Source: Mobula hypostoma
Lineage: Eukaryota
Reading direction: 5' to 3'
Assembly (NCBI RefSeq): GCF_963921235.1
Contig: NC_086108.1
Span: 68,388,001-68,452,000 of the forward strand
DNA: 64,000 nucleotides
Part shown: piece by piece, positions 1 to 14,097 of the stretch
Numbering within the stretch: position 1 is the first letter of the stretch
Layout of the letters: the number at the start of each line of letters is the position of its first letter
Position numbers and translations under genes: made by a program
The notes under the pieces: generated by a model
The model's database searches: none
Seen by the model: the letters and a program-made list of their open reading frames with translations, nothing else
Told to the model about the DNA's origin: nothing

Positions 1-3000
1 GGAATGACATTTGGCTTTTTAACCATATTTTTGAGATCTGTGGATATCAAGCTTATATTCTATGTGACTATTTTAAGAGGTAAATAGAATTATTCATTTC
101 TTTACTATTCATAGTGTTCTGCAGGCTTTTTTTCATCAGCTACTTGTTTTGATGGGTGTAATATAAATAAGATTAGATTGAACAGCTGAACTGAAAGTGA
201 TAGCTAGAAGGAAAAGCCTGTGAAAGGTTGCCAGGGAAACAAGCTAAAGGAAGCTGAACTGAGAGCAGGTGGCAGTCATATGGGAATACCATGAAGCAAA
301 CAGTAGAAAGGCACTGTGATTGTCTCCACCATTCTACAAGAGCCACAACTTTAATTGTTTCAAAAGGTGTTAATTATATTTCAGTTGGAGGCTACCTCAG
401 TTCAAGCTATTATTAGACATCTGTGCTTTAAAAGTAAATAACATTTTATTGGGTTTTCTTTCTGTAGAAACCTACTTGTCAAAGGAACAGAAATTATATG
501 AGCAAATGAGTAAATTTAATTTGGTATATAAAATCTAAACCAGTGAATCACTGCACTCCAATGAGACTACACTGATGATGGCTGCTTAAATTTTATACCA
601 GAATATTCTGCATGGTCTACCAATACAATAATTTGGATTTGTTGAAGATTGTAATAGTTAACCCAATTATAATAATTGAGTGAATGTGTCTTAGCAAAAA
701 TAAATTAATTAATTCCTGAATTGAAATCAAAAGCAATGATGCACTCCATTTGCAGAACTGGGGAGAGCACAGATGCCTGGCTAAACCTCTAGTATGAATG
801 TTCCCAATTTGAGCTAATGGAAATTAAGCAGAATAATACTTTGCATCTACAAATTATGGGATGTGTTAAATTTTATCCTTTATGAATTAAGACATTAGCT
901 TAAAAGAAAAACTAATTTAATGACCTGAAAAGATCATAGTACAAAATAATGTAAGGTCATGAACAACATTAATAAGGCCTGTGTCTTAGCAAATACATTG
1001 CACAACAAATTTTCACTGTGCAGAATATTATTTGAAGATACGAAGTGAAATGAAAATATGTGTTCCGGGTCACACATCTATACAGTGTATTGTAAGATAT
1101 TTATTTCTATACCTATTCAATATAATTGTTTCCTATAATGTAACATGTTCTTGAAATATCTAAAAATTATCCATTGCACACTAAACAATTCAATAATATA
1201 TTTCTAATACGATTCTAAATAAATCTACAATCAGGAAAATTTTCAGTGTTATTTTAACTAAAGCAGTTTTACAGCATATTAATAAATTGTTTAAGTTATT
1301 GTGTATATTACGTAAAAAGACATTTGTGAAGATTGAGTTTAAATTGTAAAGGTTTAAATGTAAGTTAAATATAAAAGTCATTAAGTACAATTGGAAAACC
1401 ACTACTTCACTAAGCAAACATCATAATTTTGCAGCTATTTTATTATTTTAATCCTTTAGCATTTATGATGACAAATCAGTAACAGCTAAAAAATTTAACA
1501 TGGCATTTAATAGTGTAGCTTACTGCATGAAAACATAAAAGCATACCAGAAATGAATTGTGTGATTCAGACATAATTGATCCAAAAATTACAAATATTTA
1601 CAGTTTATACCTGATAATCTTAACAATCATATTTTAACTGATGAATGTGAGAAGTAGTGTAGAACCTAATCTCTAGCAAACATAAATAAGTTAAACAGTT
1701 GTAGCCTTTTATCAGCTACACAAACCAACTTTTAAGTTTGCAGTTTCGGTTAATGCTGAACTTTATCTTTGTTACTATTTCAACTGGATTTCCCAGACCT
1801 TTTTTTAAGTCAGTGACTTCGTAGAGTACTGTAAAGAATTGTACAAATTATGATATTTTGGAATCCATTATGGTGATTTGATCAGTAACTTAAATATTGG
1901 CAGTTTAACATATCCAGTGCTGTTTAAAAGTAAGTCACATTTAAAAGCTCTAATCTAAATGATAATGGTAGCAGTACAACATTTGTTTAAAAAATGCAGC
2001 TGTAATTGGAAATGCAGACTGATGTCCTTTTGATCAGTCATGCCATTAATTATTGCATGACATTTTCCTTTTTCACCAAAATAAGATTTTGTTCCCCTGG
2101 TCAGTGGGATTTTGAGTATGAAGTATTACCAGCAATGGAATGTGGGAGAGAAATTACATTGCACAACAAATTATTCACAGTGTTAGTGCTACGGGGTTCT
2201 TCGTAATAAATGTACATCATGGTTTTCTTCCTTCCAAATCTACTTTCCATTACTTGTGGTTGGAAAGTTAGGAAGGAAAATATTTAAATACTTCTACCAT
2301 ATTTTTGCACATATCAATCATGGTGCTTTTTTCTCACACTTTTTCTTCAGGATGTAATTAATGATTGCTTTTGATTTAGCAATGGTACTTTTTTTTACAC
2401 TTCGAAGTATTTTTAAAATAATGTAATGACATTTTCTAATTTAGATAATAGTATGTCACCATGTGTTGAAATGACATTCCCTAATTTCTTTGATAATAAA
2501 TGTACTTTGAATCTTTAGCAAGTTTGATTAGGCTGACATTTCAAAAACTCAGAAAATATGGCATTAAATGCCACAGATAATAAGTAAAAACAGATGATTA
2601 ACATTATTTCTAGTTGTTTATAATTAATCTATTTTCTGATATCTAAATGTTGAACCATACATGGTTTTATAAGAATATTTAAAGGGGAGGTTAGTTTTCC
2701 ATGATGTCTCAAAATAATTAGGCAAAGGAACAAAATCAATGAAGTACATGAAACTGTTATTTTATTTTAAAATAGATTCTGGTCAGCATAAAGGGGCAAA
2801 AATGCCAGGGAAGATGCATTTTATTCAAAAAATTATATGTTTTTAGTATGAAATCCGGCAGTACTAGTGGAGGATCCACAAACTAAGTGCCGGTTTAGTG
2901 AATCAAGCCGACTTCTCCAGTTATCACATTAAAAAAGAGCCTTTTCTTGCTGTGCTTGTGACTAAACAATAATAGCCTTGCTACTTATACCACAGCTGTG

Positions 3001-3339
3001 TAACGTCTGGTGCATCTAACCATCAGTTTCAAGGAAATTTAAATTGTGAACTTGCATAAATGGGTATCTAAAAGCAAGAATAATTAAAAGAGGATCGTAA
3101 TCTTTGCTGGTTTTAACATTAAAGAAAAAAAGTAGCATTAATTTTTACCTTTATATTGCTCTTCATTTTGCATGACTAAATGCATCACATTTTACTATAT
3201 GTCTAAATACATAATCCCGGTTCAGTTATTGATATATAAATCAATTTACAATGCTATCTGTTTCTCTAAGTGTCGATAGTTATCTGGGAAATAAGAGTGT
3301 AAAAGATTTCTTCATAGTGAACTATGTGATAGAAGGGTG

Positions 3340-3730
3340 AGTATTATTAGTTATGTGAATAGTGTAGAGAGGCTGAGAACAGAGGAGCTTGAAGGAGGAT
3401 TGAGAATATATGTAAAATCATGATGAGTCTAGACACAGCAGATAAAGAGAATCTATGCCCATTGAAGGAAAGTTATAAACTAGAGATTGCAGAATGAGGA
3501 TGATTGGCAAAAAAGTCAGAAGTGACATAAGGAAAACTTGTATTTCAATAAGTGGTTAGAATCTGGAGTGGAGATTCATTTGCAGCATTCAAAGGGGAAT
3601 TGGATAAGTGCTTTCTGGAAAAATATTGCAGAGTTTTCTGGAGAGGGTGGAAAGCAAACTGAATTTCACATTTCTAGAGCTGGCACAGACCCCATGAACA
3701 ATACTCTAGCCTTTCTGAGATTCTGTTCAG
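3340..3730 (+). mobile_element. Old, degraded CR1 LINE 3' fragment
   Basis: Weak similarity to the CR1 ORF2 C-terminus and 3' UTR seen in younger copies in this window. Confidence 0.45.
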
Positions 3731-4289
3731 GGTGAATTTCATCTCATTAATCTGTGGCGATCTTTGTTTTAATTTTACATTGATATTTGACAAGGTATCT
3801 ACAATAAGAAACGTCAGCACTGGTCATTGAGATTTGGTTCATTGAGATAGCAGGTTAATCATCCGTAGTTCAACCTGAAAGTTTCCTTTCCATAATTTAT
3901 GGCAGACCCAAATACCCTTGAGCAGTACCATTTCCCAATGTTAAAATTACCACCAATGCATGATATTTTTAAAAATGTTTAAGGTTTGCAGCACTTAGGT
4001 CATATTGTGCTCTTTTGTGTTGTTTGTTAGTGCATCACTGAATGTTCCATCATCAAAACCACTAACCAGAAACAGCTGTGCTCCATGAGTTCTGACAAGA
4101 GGACATTTATTTTACATTCTTACTAGTCCTTCCTGAGAACATTAACATTTTAAGCACTGGAATTTAAATCGTGTACCATTCTGATCCCGAAGGAGTGGCG
4201 CGTTTTCTTTATTAATGAGTAACTTCAAGACCAGTGGAAAGAATTTTATGAAAGTCTCCCATACTCTGTCCCCACTACTTGCAGTCTTG

Positions 4290-5003
4290 GTAAAGCAGCA
4301 AACACAATCAAAGACCCTACCCACCGAGTCATTCTCTTCCCCCCTCCATCAGACAAAAGGTACAGAAGCCTGAAAGTACGTATCACCAGACTTCTATTCC
4401 ACTCTTATAGGCAGGCAAGATGCAGGAAGATTGTTCCCGATGTTGGGGAAGTCCAGAATGAGAGGTCACAGTTTGAGGATAAAAGGGAAGCCTTTTAGGA
4501 CCAAGATGAGGAAAAACTTCTTCACACAGAAAGTGGTGAAGCTGTGGAATTCTCTGCCACAGGAAACAGTTGAGGCCAGTTCATTGGCTATATCTAAGGG
4601 GGAGTTAGATATGGCCCTTGTGGCTAAAGGGATCAGGGAGTATGGAGAGAAGGCAGGTACAGGATTCTGAGTTGGATGATCAGCCATGGTCATACTGAAT
4701 GGCGGTGCAGGCTCGAAGGGCCGAATGGCCTACTCCTGCACCTATTTTCTATGTTTCTTATAACACAATTGACTAGTCCTCTAGTACATTAAGAGGGGCT
4801 CCTGACCTCACAATTCACCTCTTTATGGTCTTGTACCTTATTGACTGCCTACATTGCACTTTCTGTGTAACTGTAATACTTCATTCTGCATTATTATTTT
4901 TCTTTTGTATATTTTTAATGCACTGATGTGATGAAATGATCTGTATAGATGACATGCAAAACACGTTTTTTCACTGTACTTCAGTATATGTGACAATAAT
5001 AAA
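4290..5003 (+). mobile_element. Rex/Babar-type LINE 3' end, interrupted by a CR1 insertion
   Basis: atcaaagaccctacccacc...ccatcagacaaaaggtacagaagcctg motif (IKDP.HP...LPSG.RYRSL type C-terminus); tail gacaataataaa. Confidence 0.6.
4410..4755 (+). mobile_element. CR1 LINE, 5'-truncated 3' end
   Basis: ORF 4431-4670 is a CR1 ORF2 C-terminus (RGHSLRIKG...FFTQKVVKLWNSLP); CR1-type 3' UTR; TCTTATA duplication at 4403-4409 and 4756-4762. Confidence 0.85.
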
Positions 5004-5567
5004 TTTTGCAGTTTTTTTTTAAACCGGCAATTGCTTCTTGGCCATCTTTGTAAAGCAACGATAGTATTGGTTTCTCAAATCAGCTAAGTAGTTTGATCTT
5101 CCCACCCTGATAGTATCATGATGAATATAATCTGGACTGTCTTAATAATCCGAAATGTATTTTTTGTTAATGGGATGCCCCAATTTTGGTAAAATGCTTC
5201 AGCTGTGGTCCAACAGAAATTTTGTATGGATCTTTAATTATTTGTACAAGCTTGTGTATTACTCATCATTTATGATGTCACTTTTGATGTTAACGGCTTG
5301 CATTCACTCATGTATGAAAATAACATTGATAATAGTTCTGTATTCACATAGAGCCGCTGAAACTTCAGTGAAAATCAACAGAAACACCATTTATACATGC
5401 ATCTAGAATTTCCATTGCTGAATGTCAGAACCCTGAGAAAGTTCCTCACATACATATTGGAATATTTCTACACCCTTCACTGACTTCCTACTGACAACAA
5501 CCTCCTTTTTAAATCTCCCTGTTCCTCTGCAAAATGTGTAACTTGGTAGTTAAACATGACATATTCA

Positions 5568-6282
5568 AGAGAAAATCTGCAGGTACTGGAAATCCAAGCA
5601 ACACACACAAAATGCTGGAGGAACTCAGCAGGCCAGGCAGCATCTACGGAAAAGAGTACAGTCGACATTTCGGGCTGAGACACTTCATCGGGACTGGAAA
5701 AAAAAAGATGAGTCAGAGTGAGAAAGTGGGTGGGGGGGGAGAAAGAACTACAAGGTGATAGGTGAAACAGGGAGGGGAGGGGTGAAGTAAAGAGTTTGGA
5801 AGTTAATTGGTGAAAGAGATACAGGGCTGGAGAAGGGCTTATCTTATAGGAGAGGACAGAAGGCCAAGGGTGAAAGAAAAGTGGGAGGAGCACCAGAGGG
5901 ATGTGATAAGGTGAAAGAAGGAAATGGGAATGGTGAAGGGAGGCATGGGACCGTACTGGAAGTTTGAGAAATCAGTGTTCATGGCATCAGGAAGAAGGCT
6001 AGCCAGAGGGTATGTAAGGTGTTGTTCTTCCAACCTGAGTGTGGCCTCATCACAATAGTTGAGGAGGCCAAGGACTGGCATGTGGGAATGGGAACTGGAA
6101 TTAAAATGGGTGGCCACTGGGAGATCCCGCTTTTTCTGGTGGACTCAGCGAAGGAGTCTCCCAATCTGCGTCGGGTCTCACCGATATATAGGAGGCCACA
6201 CCTGGAGCATTGGATACAGTAGATAACCCCAACAGACTCACAGGTGAAGTGTCACCTCACCTGGAAGGACTGTTTGTGGCCC
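5568..6282 (-). mobile_element. Penelope-like element 3' fragment: GIY-YIG endonuclease plus terminal repeat
   Basis: Minus strand reads HFTCESVGVIYCIQCSRCGLLYIGET (GIY-YIG) and RLEEQHLTYPLASLLPDAMNTDFSNF, followed by the terminal repeat that recurs many times in the window. Confidence 0.85.
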
Positions 6283-6384
6283 TATTACATTGCTTTCTGC
6301 CTATTTGACTAACCAGTAGACAGTAAGATTTAAGAAAATTGCTGGTTTAGGAAATTTAGCCAGGCAGGATTAGAGAACATAGAT

Positions 6385-6515
6385 ACAAGAGGTACTGGCA
6401 GATGTTGGAACTCTAGAGCAATAGACACAATGTGCTGGAGGAGCTCAGCAGGGCAGGCAGCATCTATGGATGGGATTGATCAGTCAAAGTTTTGGGCTGA
6501 GACCCTTTATCAGGT
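6385..6515 (-). mobile_element. Penelope-like terminal repeat fragment
   Basis: gctggaggagctcagcagggcaggcagcatctatgga...gggctgagaccctttatcagg matches 5590-5700. Confidence 0.7.
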
Positions 6516-6529
6516 TTAGGGAACCTTGA

Positions 6530-8300
6530 CTGATGTAAAATATTGAGGCTCTGGTCAAGGAAAAGAAGAAAACATACATTTGATTAAGAAGGCTGGGATT
6601 GAGCAAATCCCTTGATGGCTATAAAAAGATAATGAATTCTCCTAAGAGAGAAATCAGGAGGGCCAAGTAAAGATATAATAGTCAGGCAAAATTCCAAGAG
6701 ATTCTCCAGCTGTATTAAGAGTAAAAGGGTGGCTGGGGGGAGAATTTCTGTTCCTTAGAGTTCTGCAGGGCTACCTACCTATGACTTGTGCCTCAGGAGA
6801 TGGGTGGAATTTTTTAATAAATATTTCTCCTAGGTGTCTTCTGCAGAGAAACTATGGTCACTCAAAAGATAAGGGAAACTAGTGGAGAACTTTGGAGTAC
6901 ATTCATATTTCCAGAGAGGAAGTATTTGCAGCTTTACTGCATATTGAGGTGGATAGATTACCAGACCCTCCCTGAGTGCATCCTTGGACTTTGTGGGAGG
7001 TTAGTGAAGAAATTGTGGAGTGCACTGCAAAGATATTTGCTTCATCATTCATCACTGGTGAAGTTCCTGTAGACTGGAAGATGGTTTATGTTGTTCTGTT
7101 ATTAACCACTACTCTACCATGGTGCCCATATAAGGTGGACTATAAGGGATGGAGTTCAACCCGGAGAAGTGTGAGGTGGTACACTTTGGAAGGACAAACT
7201 CCAAGGCAGAATACAAAGTAATTGGCAGGATATTTGGTAGTGTGGAGAAGCGGAGGGATCTGGGGATACATGTCCACAGATCCCTGAAAGTTGCCTCGCA
7301 GGTAGATAGGGTAGTTAAGAAAGCTTATGGGGTGTTAGCTTTTATAAGTCGAGGGATAGAGTTTAAGAGCCGCGAGGTAATGATGCAGTTCTATAGAACT
7401 CTGGTTAGGCCACACTTGGAATACTGTGTCCAGTTCTGGTCGCCTCACTATAGGAAGGATGTGGAAGCATTGGAAAGGGTACAGAGGAGATTTACCAGGA
7501 TGCTGCCTGGTTTAGAGAGTATGCATTATGATCAGAGATTAAGGGAGCTAGGGCTTTACTCTTTGGGGAGAAGGAGGATGAGAGGAGACATGATAGAGGT
7601 ATACAAGATATTAAGAGGAATTGATACAGTGGATAGCCAGCGCCTCTTCCCCAGGGCACCACTGCTGAATACAAGAGGACATGGCTTTAAGGTAAGGGGT
7701 GGGAAGTTCAAGGGGGATATTAGAGGAAGGGTTTTTACTCAGGGAGTGGTTGGTGCGTGGAATGCACTGCCTGAGTCAGTGGTGGAGACAGATACACTAG
7801 TGAAATTTAAGAGACTACTAGACAGGTATATGGAGGAATTTAAGGTGGGGGGGTTATATGGGAGGCAGGGTTTGAGGGTCAGCACAACATTGTGGGACGA
7901 AGGACCTGTACTGTGCTGTACTATTCTATGTTCTATAAATGTTTACAACTATGTGAGTCATAAGGTGGATGGTAACAGTCTTTTCTGCAGGGTAAGGTGG
8001 AGCAAAACTAGGGGGCTTGGATTGAGGGTGAGAAGAGAAAGATTGAAAGTGGTCCTGAGAGATAACTTCTTCACTCAGGGTGTGGTGTGTATATACAGTG
8101 AGCTAGCAGAATAAGCATCTGAGGCCGGTACAGTAGTATCATTTTAGAAACATTTGGTTAGATACCTGGAGGGGTGGGGTTTAGAGGGAAATGGACTGAA
8201 TGTTGGAAATTGGGACCAGCTGGATGGGCACCATGTTCAGTTTAGACAGGTTAGGCTGAAGGATTGATATCTGTGTTGTATTGCTTATGATTCTATGACT
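6530..8300 (+). mobile_element. Old CR1 remnant (6530-7100 and 7933-8300) split by a younger CR1
   Basis: Degenerate ORF2 motifs (GEVPVDWK..V, FFTQGVV) on both sides of the 7148-7932 insertion. Confidence 0.6.
7148..7932 (+). mobile_element. Young 5'-truncated CR1 LINE (end of RT, C-terminus, 3' UTR)
   Basis: ORF 7149 MEFNPEKCEVVHFG...[15 protein letters not shown]; ttctatg-type tail; nearly identical to 24129-24918. Confidence 0.92.
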
Positions 8301-8865
8301 CTAACCTTACTGCCTTCAAAATTTAGAAAGCTGATCCCCAAGTCCAGGTTCCAGTTATCTGTTTAATACAAGGAGCAAAAATGGAGTAAACATTGACCCT
8401 TAGGAACAATTCTGTAGTTCCTCCATTCCAAGAAACATTCTTATACTGAATGTTTTTCCTATTTCTCAACTACCTTTCTTGTATTATGTGCCTAAATTGA
8501 AGACACCATATTGAAACCCTCTGAGAGTCCATGTACCAAGTACCTGCTTCATTTCATCCAAATTTTCCTCAAGCCCCAAGTATGTTAAACAGATCTCACG
8601 ATTAACAAATATATATCAACTCTCTTTGATAATTCTCTACATTTCTTAAGGCACTGTATATTTATGTTACATCAAGGATTCTAAGAACTTGTCTGAGCCT
8701 AACAAAAGTAGTCACAAAGCAGACTTGAGTCAAGTATGTAATTGAATACAGTGCTAGAATGCAGCAGTATTATTTTTATATTTACTGTTTGTGATGTTTA
8801 AAACAGTTGAATCAAGCTTTGATTTTTTTTTTACTCATAGATATTTACTTCATATCTTATCTTAG

Positions 8866-9108
<243 letters not shown>

Positions 9109-9305
9109 TAGTTTGGGCCATGAGCATAAAGTGCCACTGCATTTCTCTTGAGAACGGTCCAAGCAACATTTTTCAATTTGTCAAATTTAGTTCAGTGTAC
9201 CAAAAAATTAAATGATTTTATATGCTTTACTTCCAAATAGGAACGTCCTGATTATCCTGCAGCAAATGTTTGCTTGCTGCTTCTGTGTTAGCAGTCCAGG
9301 CAGAT

Positions 9306-9609
9306 TTTATTTTGTTTAATTAGAGATACAGCACAGAACAGACCATTTCAGCCCTTGAGCTATACCACCCAGCAACACTCCGATTTAACCTTGGCCTAAT
9401 CGTGGGGCAATTTACAATGACCAATTATCCTACCAGATGGTATATCTTTGGCCTGTGGGAAGAAACCAGAGCACCTGGAGGAAACCCATGTGCACAGAAC
9501 AAAGAACATACAAACTTGCTTTCACAGGACACTGGAATTGAACTCCAAACTCCGACGCCCCAAGCTGTAATAGTGTCGCACTAGCCACTAAGCTACCATA
9601 GCGCTCCAC
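9306..9609 (-). mobile_element. tRNA-derived SINE with V-domain-like core and CR1-like tail (HE1/V-SINE-like)
   Basis: Minus strand: A-box TGGTAGCTTAGTGG, B-box GAGTTCAATTCC, core gggtttcctccaggtgctctggtttcttcccacag, tail tctgttctgtgctgtatctcta. Confidence 0.75.
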
Positions 9610-10399
9610 AGTACTATTGTAAAGATCATTGCTGCAGAGTTATCCATCATCTTTCTGAGTAAACGTATAAGTTATTGAGCCAATGAAGTTGCATTATATG
9701 TACTACCTTTTGTCTAAACAAATGCATCAACTGCTGTGGCCTTCTAATACATTTGACAGATATTTAACATCATATACTATTGCTAAAATATTACATGTTT
9801 TAAGTCTAAATATTTTGAAGAGAAGTTTCATAAACAATATGTCTTATTATTTGATTTTAACTTTGGGAAAGAACCACAATTCAACTAATTTCTGTAAGAA
9901 TCTTAGATTCTTCATTCCATGATGTAGCATTTGGCATTATTATCTGAAATGGAAATTTTCAAATCATCAGGCAGCATCTGTAGAGCAAGAAACAGAGTTA
10001 GGGTTTCATCAAATTAGGAAAAGACAGTAAGCAAGCAAGTCTTAAGTTTTGAGAATTTGGATGGTTGGAGAGAACAGGGATCTACTACAATAGTGTGAAG
10101 ACTATTGCTGTTAACAGAGTGTGTGATGAAGTTTTGCATTGATCTGCTTGGAAGAAAGTAAGTAGAATGAGCTAAATGAGGACAATGGAGGGAAAGGGAA
10201 AATTGAAACTTGGAGAATCTGAACATAGCAGTTGCTTGGAATCTGAAATGATCATCTGTGGTGAGAGTAAAGCTGAGTTAATTTTGTAGGTTAATTTTGG
10301 CACATAATGGAAGCTAAATTTACTTTGAACTTTGAATACTGATTATCTGAGATTAAAGATTCCCAACGGTTGTATCATAACTAAATGGAACATGAGATG

Positions 10400-11510
10400 T
10401 TCAAAGTAAATTTATTATCAAAGTACATATATGTATGTTACTATATGCAACCCTGAGATTCCTTTTCTTGCAAGTATATTCAGTAAATCCAAGAGCTATA
10501 ATAGAATCAATGAAGGACCACACCCAACAATATGGACAAGCAACCAATGTGCAAAAGCCAACAAACTGCAAATAGTAAAGAAAAATAATATAAATAAGAT
10601 AATAGTAAGGTTGAATGAAGTTATTCCATCGGTTCAAGAACCAGATAGATGAGGAATAATAACTGTTCCTGAACCTGGTGGTGTGAGTCCTGAGGTTTCT
10701 GCACCTTCTTCCTGATGGCTGCAGCAAGAAGAGAACATGACTTGGGTGATCGGGTCCCTGATTTCCATGTTGCTTTGCTGTGACAGCTCTCTATGTAGAT
10801 ATGCTTAATGGTGGCTTAACCCACAATGGACTAGGCTGTATCCACTACTTTTTGTAGGACTTTCCATTCAAGGGCAGTGGTGTGTTCATACCAGGCCATG
10901 ATGCAACCAGTCAATATACTCTGCACCACACATCTATAGAAATTTGTCAGAGTTTCAGGTGTCTGCCAAATCTTCGCAAACATCTAAGGAAGTAGAGGCA
11001 CTGCAGTGCTTTCTTCGTAATTGCACTTGCACGCTGGACCCAGGACAAGTCCTCTGAAATGATAACATAAAGGAATTTAAAGTTGCTGATCCTCTCCACC
11101 TCTGATCCCCTGGTGAGGACTGGCTTATGGACCTCTGGTTTCTTCCTCCTGAAATCAATAATTAGCTCCTCGGTCTTGTTGACCTTGAGTGAGAGGTTGT
11201 TGTTGTGGCACCACTTAGCCAAATTTTCATTTTCCCTATGGTATGCTGGTCCATCACCATCTTTGATTTGGCCAACAAACTTGAACTATTCAGCAAATTT
11301 GAATGTGGCATTGGAGCTGTGCTTAGCCTCCCAGTCATAAGTATAAAATGAGTGGAACAGAGATCTAAGCACACAGTCTGAGTTGATGGAGATTGTGGAG
11401 AAGATGTTGCCAATGCAAACTGACTGCAGTCTGCAAGTGAGGAAATTAAGGATCCAATTGCACAGGGTGGTAGCAGGGGAACCATGCATCCTTCCAAGAA
11501 TTCTGGTATA
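10400..11510 (-). mobile_element. Rex1/Babar-type LINE, RT C-half and 3' tail
   Basis: Minus-strand pieces LCNWILNFLT, KFAE, WCHNNNLSLKVNKTEELIIDFRR, LYFLRCLRRFG, PSGRRCRNLRTHTTRFRNSYY; tail gataataaatttactttgaac. Confidence 0.8.
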
Positions 11511-11689
11511 AGATAGCACTGGTGAAGCACAGCGACAACTTGCTGGCAGCAAACACAACCATTAACTACTTTATTTATCACATTTTTTCTGGTAAGCGAT
11601 CACTGCAATCACTAGTCTATAACTTCCCTTTCAGAAATGAGCTTATGAATCACCTGTAAAACTTGGCATTTTTGTGGTGTGAAATGAAG

Positions 11690-12320
11690 TCTTGAAGGTG
11701 CAGGGCAGTTGTGTTGTGGCATGTTTAGGCTGAATCAAGGAGGTGGGCCCCAGGCCTGAGAAAAGGGAACAAGTGAATATTTGGCTGCTGAGACGGACTT
11801 GGAGGTGAATCGAAACATCAAATCTGAAGTGAGGCAAAGTCAAGGCAGTGGGACCTGTGTTGAGCCTGAGAGTGAGAAACAAGCCAATATTTGACCGATT
11901 AAAGCACCGGGCCAGATTAGAAAGTTTGGGTATGGGCCAAATTGAAGCAGTAGGGCCTGGGCCTGAGCCTGAGAGGAACACTATGCTATTTTGCCGGTTT
12001 AAGCACCAGGCAAATTGAAAAGGTCACCTTATCAGAGCCAGTGCTCACGATAGTTAGCCATCTCTGCACTCCATTGACACTGTGGTCTGCAACTAACAGT
12101 GTTCTGGATTGGGTGCAACTGACTTCGTGTTCATGAACTCATTTGTGGGAACTTTAGTTCTGAATATTACTTGCTTCTATTGTTTGAATGATTTGTTTTT
12201 TTTTTCTGTTGACTGGCTGTTTGACGGTTTCTTTTAATGGGTTCTGTTGGATTTCTTTGTTTTGTGGCTGCCTGTAAACAGATGAATCTCAAGGTTGTTA
12301 TAGTATATGTACTTTGAAAT
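11690..12320 (+). mobile_element. Non-coding element ending in a Rex/Babar-like LINE tail (non-autonomous)
   Basis: Ends gatgaatctcaaggttg...gtactttga, like the LINE tails in this window; no RT motifs; body contains short internal repeats (cgatttaagcaccgggc-like). Confidence 0.5.
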
Positions 12321-12714
12321 AGCATGTGTGAGACCTTGCTGGAATTGCAGACTTCCTTATGGTCTGGGGAGCAATCCACTGCATGCAATCCACTTGAGGG
12401 TACTATATCACACAAGCATTGACATTTCTTTAAGGGATGCAACTGATCTGTGACGAGTCTGAAAATCCTGGTAAATTCAAGGTATGAAGGAGGCAGTTAT
12501 AAGATTTTTACCCTGTTTTGTGCCTGCATTTTTTGCTCTATCACACCAAACAAGCTGGTGGCAGCTTTATGATGAGGCTAAACTCTAAGGAACTGATTAC
12601 CATCACTGCTGCATTATTCCCATACCAGAAATGAGTAATCATGAAAGAGGTGTGCCGTAACATAGAATATTGTTCCATCACATAGTTGCACAAAACTTAT
12701 CGTGATCTTTTTGT

Positions 12715-13065
12715 CAGATTCAAGTTTATAATCATTGACATTTGTCATGAAATTTGTTCTTTTGCAACAACTGTACAGAGCAATATATAAAAATTGCTAT
12801 AAATAACAAAAAGAATATATTTTTTAAAAATAAATAATGCAAAAAGAGGGCAAAATAGCGAGGTAGTTTTCATGGGTTCATTAACTATTTTGAAATGTGA
12901 TAGTGGAGGGGAAGAAGCTGTTCCTTAAACATTGAGTGTGCATCTTCAGGCTCCTGTGTGTCCTCAATGATGGTAGTAATGAGAAGAGGGCGTGTCCTGG
13001 ATGGTGAAGATCCTTCATGATGGATACCGCCACCTTGAATCATCACCTTTTGAAAATGTCCTCAG
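12715..13065 (-). mobile_element. Rex/Babar-type LINE 3' end
   Basis: Same family as 15322-16735 and 48497-48995 (tcaggtttattatcactga-type tail; ggatggtga...tcctt...atggat). Confidence 0.7.
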
Positions 13066-13654
13066 TGATTCTAAATGCACTATTAGAATCAGTTTTTTGA
13101 ATTTTGGCTTCATAATGTAGCACTTTTGATGTAAAGCAATGAATTTCCAAAAGCACTATTATCATTATAGCATGCATATAGTGCATGGATCAAAGGTGAG
13201 CCTCCTGCCATTGTGTTCTGAAGCAATGCTTGAACTCCTTAACATTAAACGGGATTCTGTCTAATGAAGTCCTGAGGATCGTGTTACAGTTTGTCATCTA
13301 ATTTAAGCTGAGTTACTGCTGGTTGCTGGGCAATAAGAGGAGCAGTAACAAGAGAGGATAAATTGAAGATGGAAGGTGAAGGAGACAACTGAATTCTGGC
13401 CAGACAGTCAAGATCTAATGGAGATTCTCCCTAAATCAATATTTGTTTTAACCTTTCACTGCAGCTCCTCATTTTAATCTAAAACACAGAAAACCATCCA
13501 TTTATATTTCCATCCATTGTAACATATCCATCAGATCTTGCAACATCACTGATCACATTGTGCTTTTTCCTTTTGCTGAATGAATTTAAGTTGATCACCT
13601 TACAAACAACCTCATGCAGCCCTAAGACCGGAAGACAGCTTTCAACTATGAGTA

Positions 13655-14097
13655 GTTCGTTCATTATATGCCCTGTCATTTTGACGTGCGATCATGGTCT
13701 TTCCATGACCGTGATTGTTCTTGGCAAATTTTTCTACAGATGTGTTTGCCTTCTTTGGTAAATTTGGTAATGAAACCAAATTTCCCTTGGGATTAATAAA
13801 GTATATCTATCTATCTTCTGGGTGGTGTCTTTACAAGATGGGTGACCCCAACCATTATCAATATTCTTCACAGATTGCCTGGCGTCACTGATTGCATAAC
13901 GAGTACTTACGATATGCACCTGCTGCACATATGACTATCCATCATTTGCACCCATGGTTTCATGTGATCTTGATCGTGGGTGGTTGGGGGGTGTCTAAGC
14001 AAGTGCTAAGCCTTGCCCTAGGATGACGTGCAGGCTAATGGAGGAAAGGAGAGCCTTATACCTCCTTTGGTAGAGACGTATTTCCAACCCACCACCC
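13655..14097. repeat. Probable unclassified interspersed repeat with a short LINE-tail insertion (13775-13815)
   Basis: GC-richer block in AT-rich intron; embedded caaatttcccttgggattaataaagtatatctatctatct tail. Confidence 0.4.

Noticed and set aside
1..3300. ELAVL4 alternative first exon or promoter; short ORFs at 1190 and 2006
   Set aside because: AT-rich, no CpG island or recognisable first-exon sequence; the ORFs have non-ATG starts and no homology I can recognise.
7149..8114. 321-aa ORF as an independent gene
   Set aside because: CR1 C-terminus reading through its tail into an older CR1 fragment.
9520..9609. tRNA gene
   Set aside because: A and B boxes are present but run directly into a SINE core and tail, with no clear cloverleaf.
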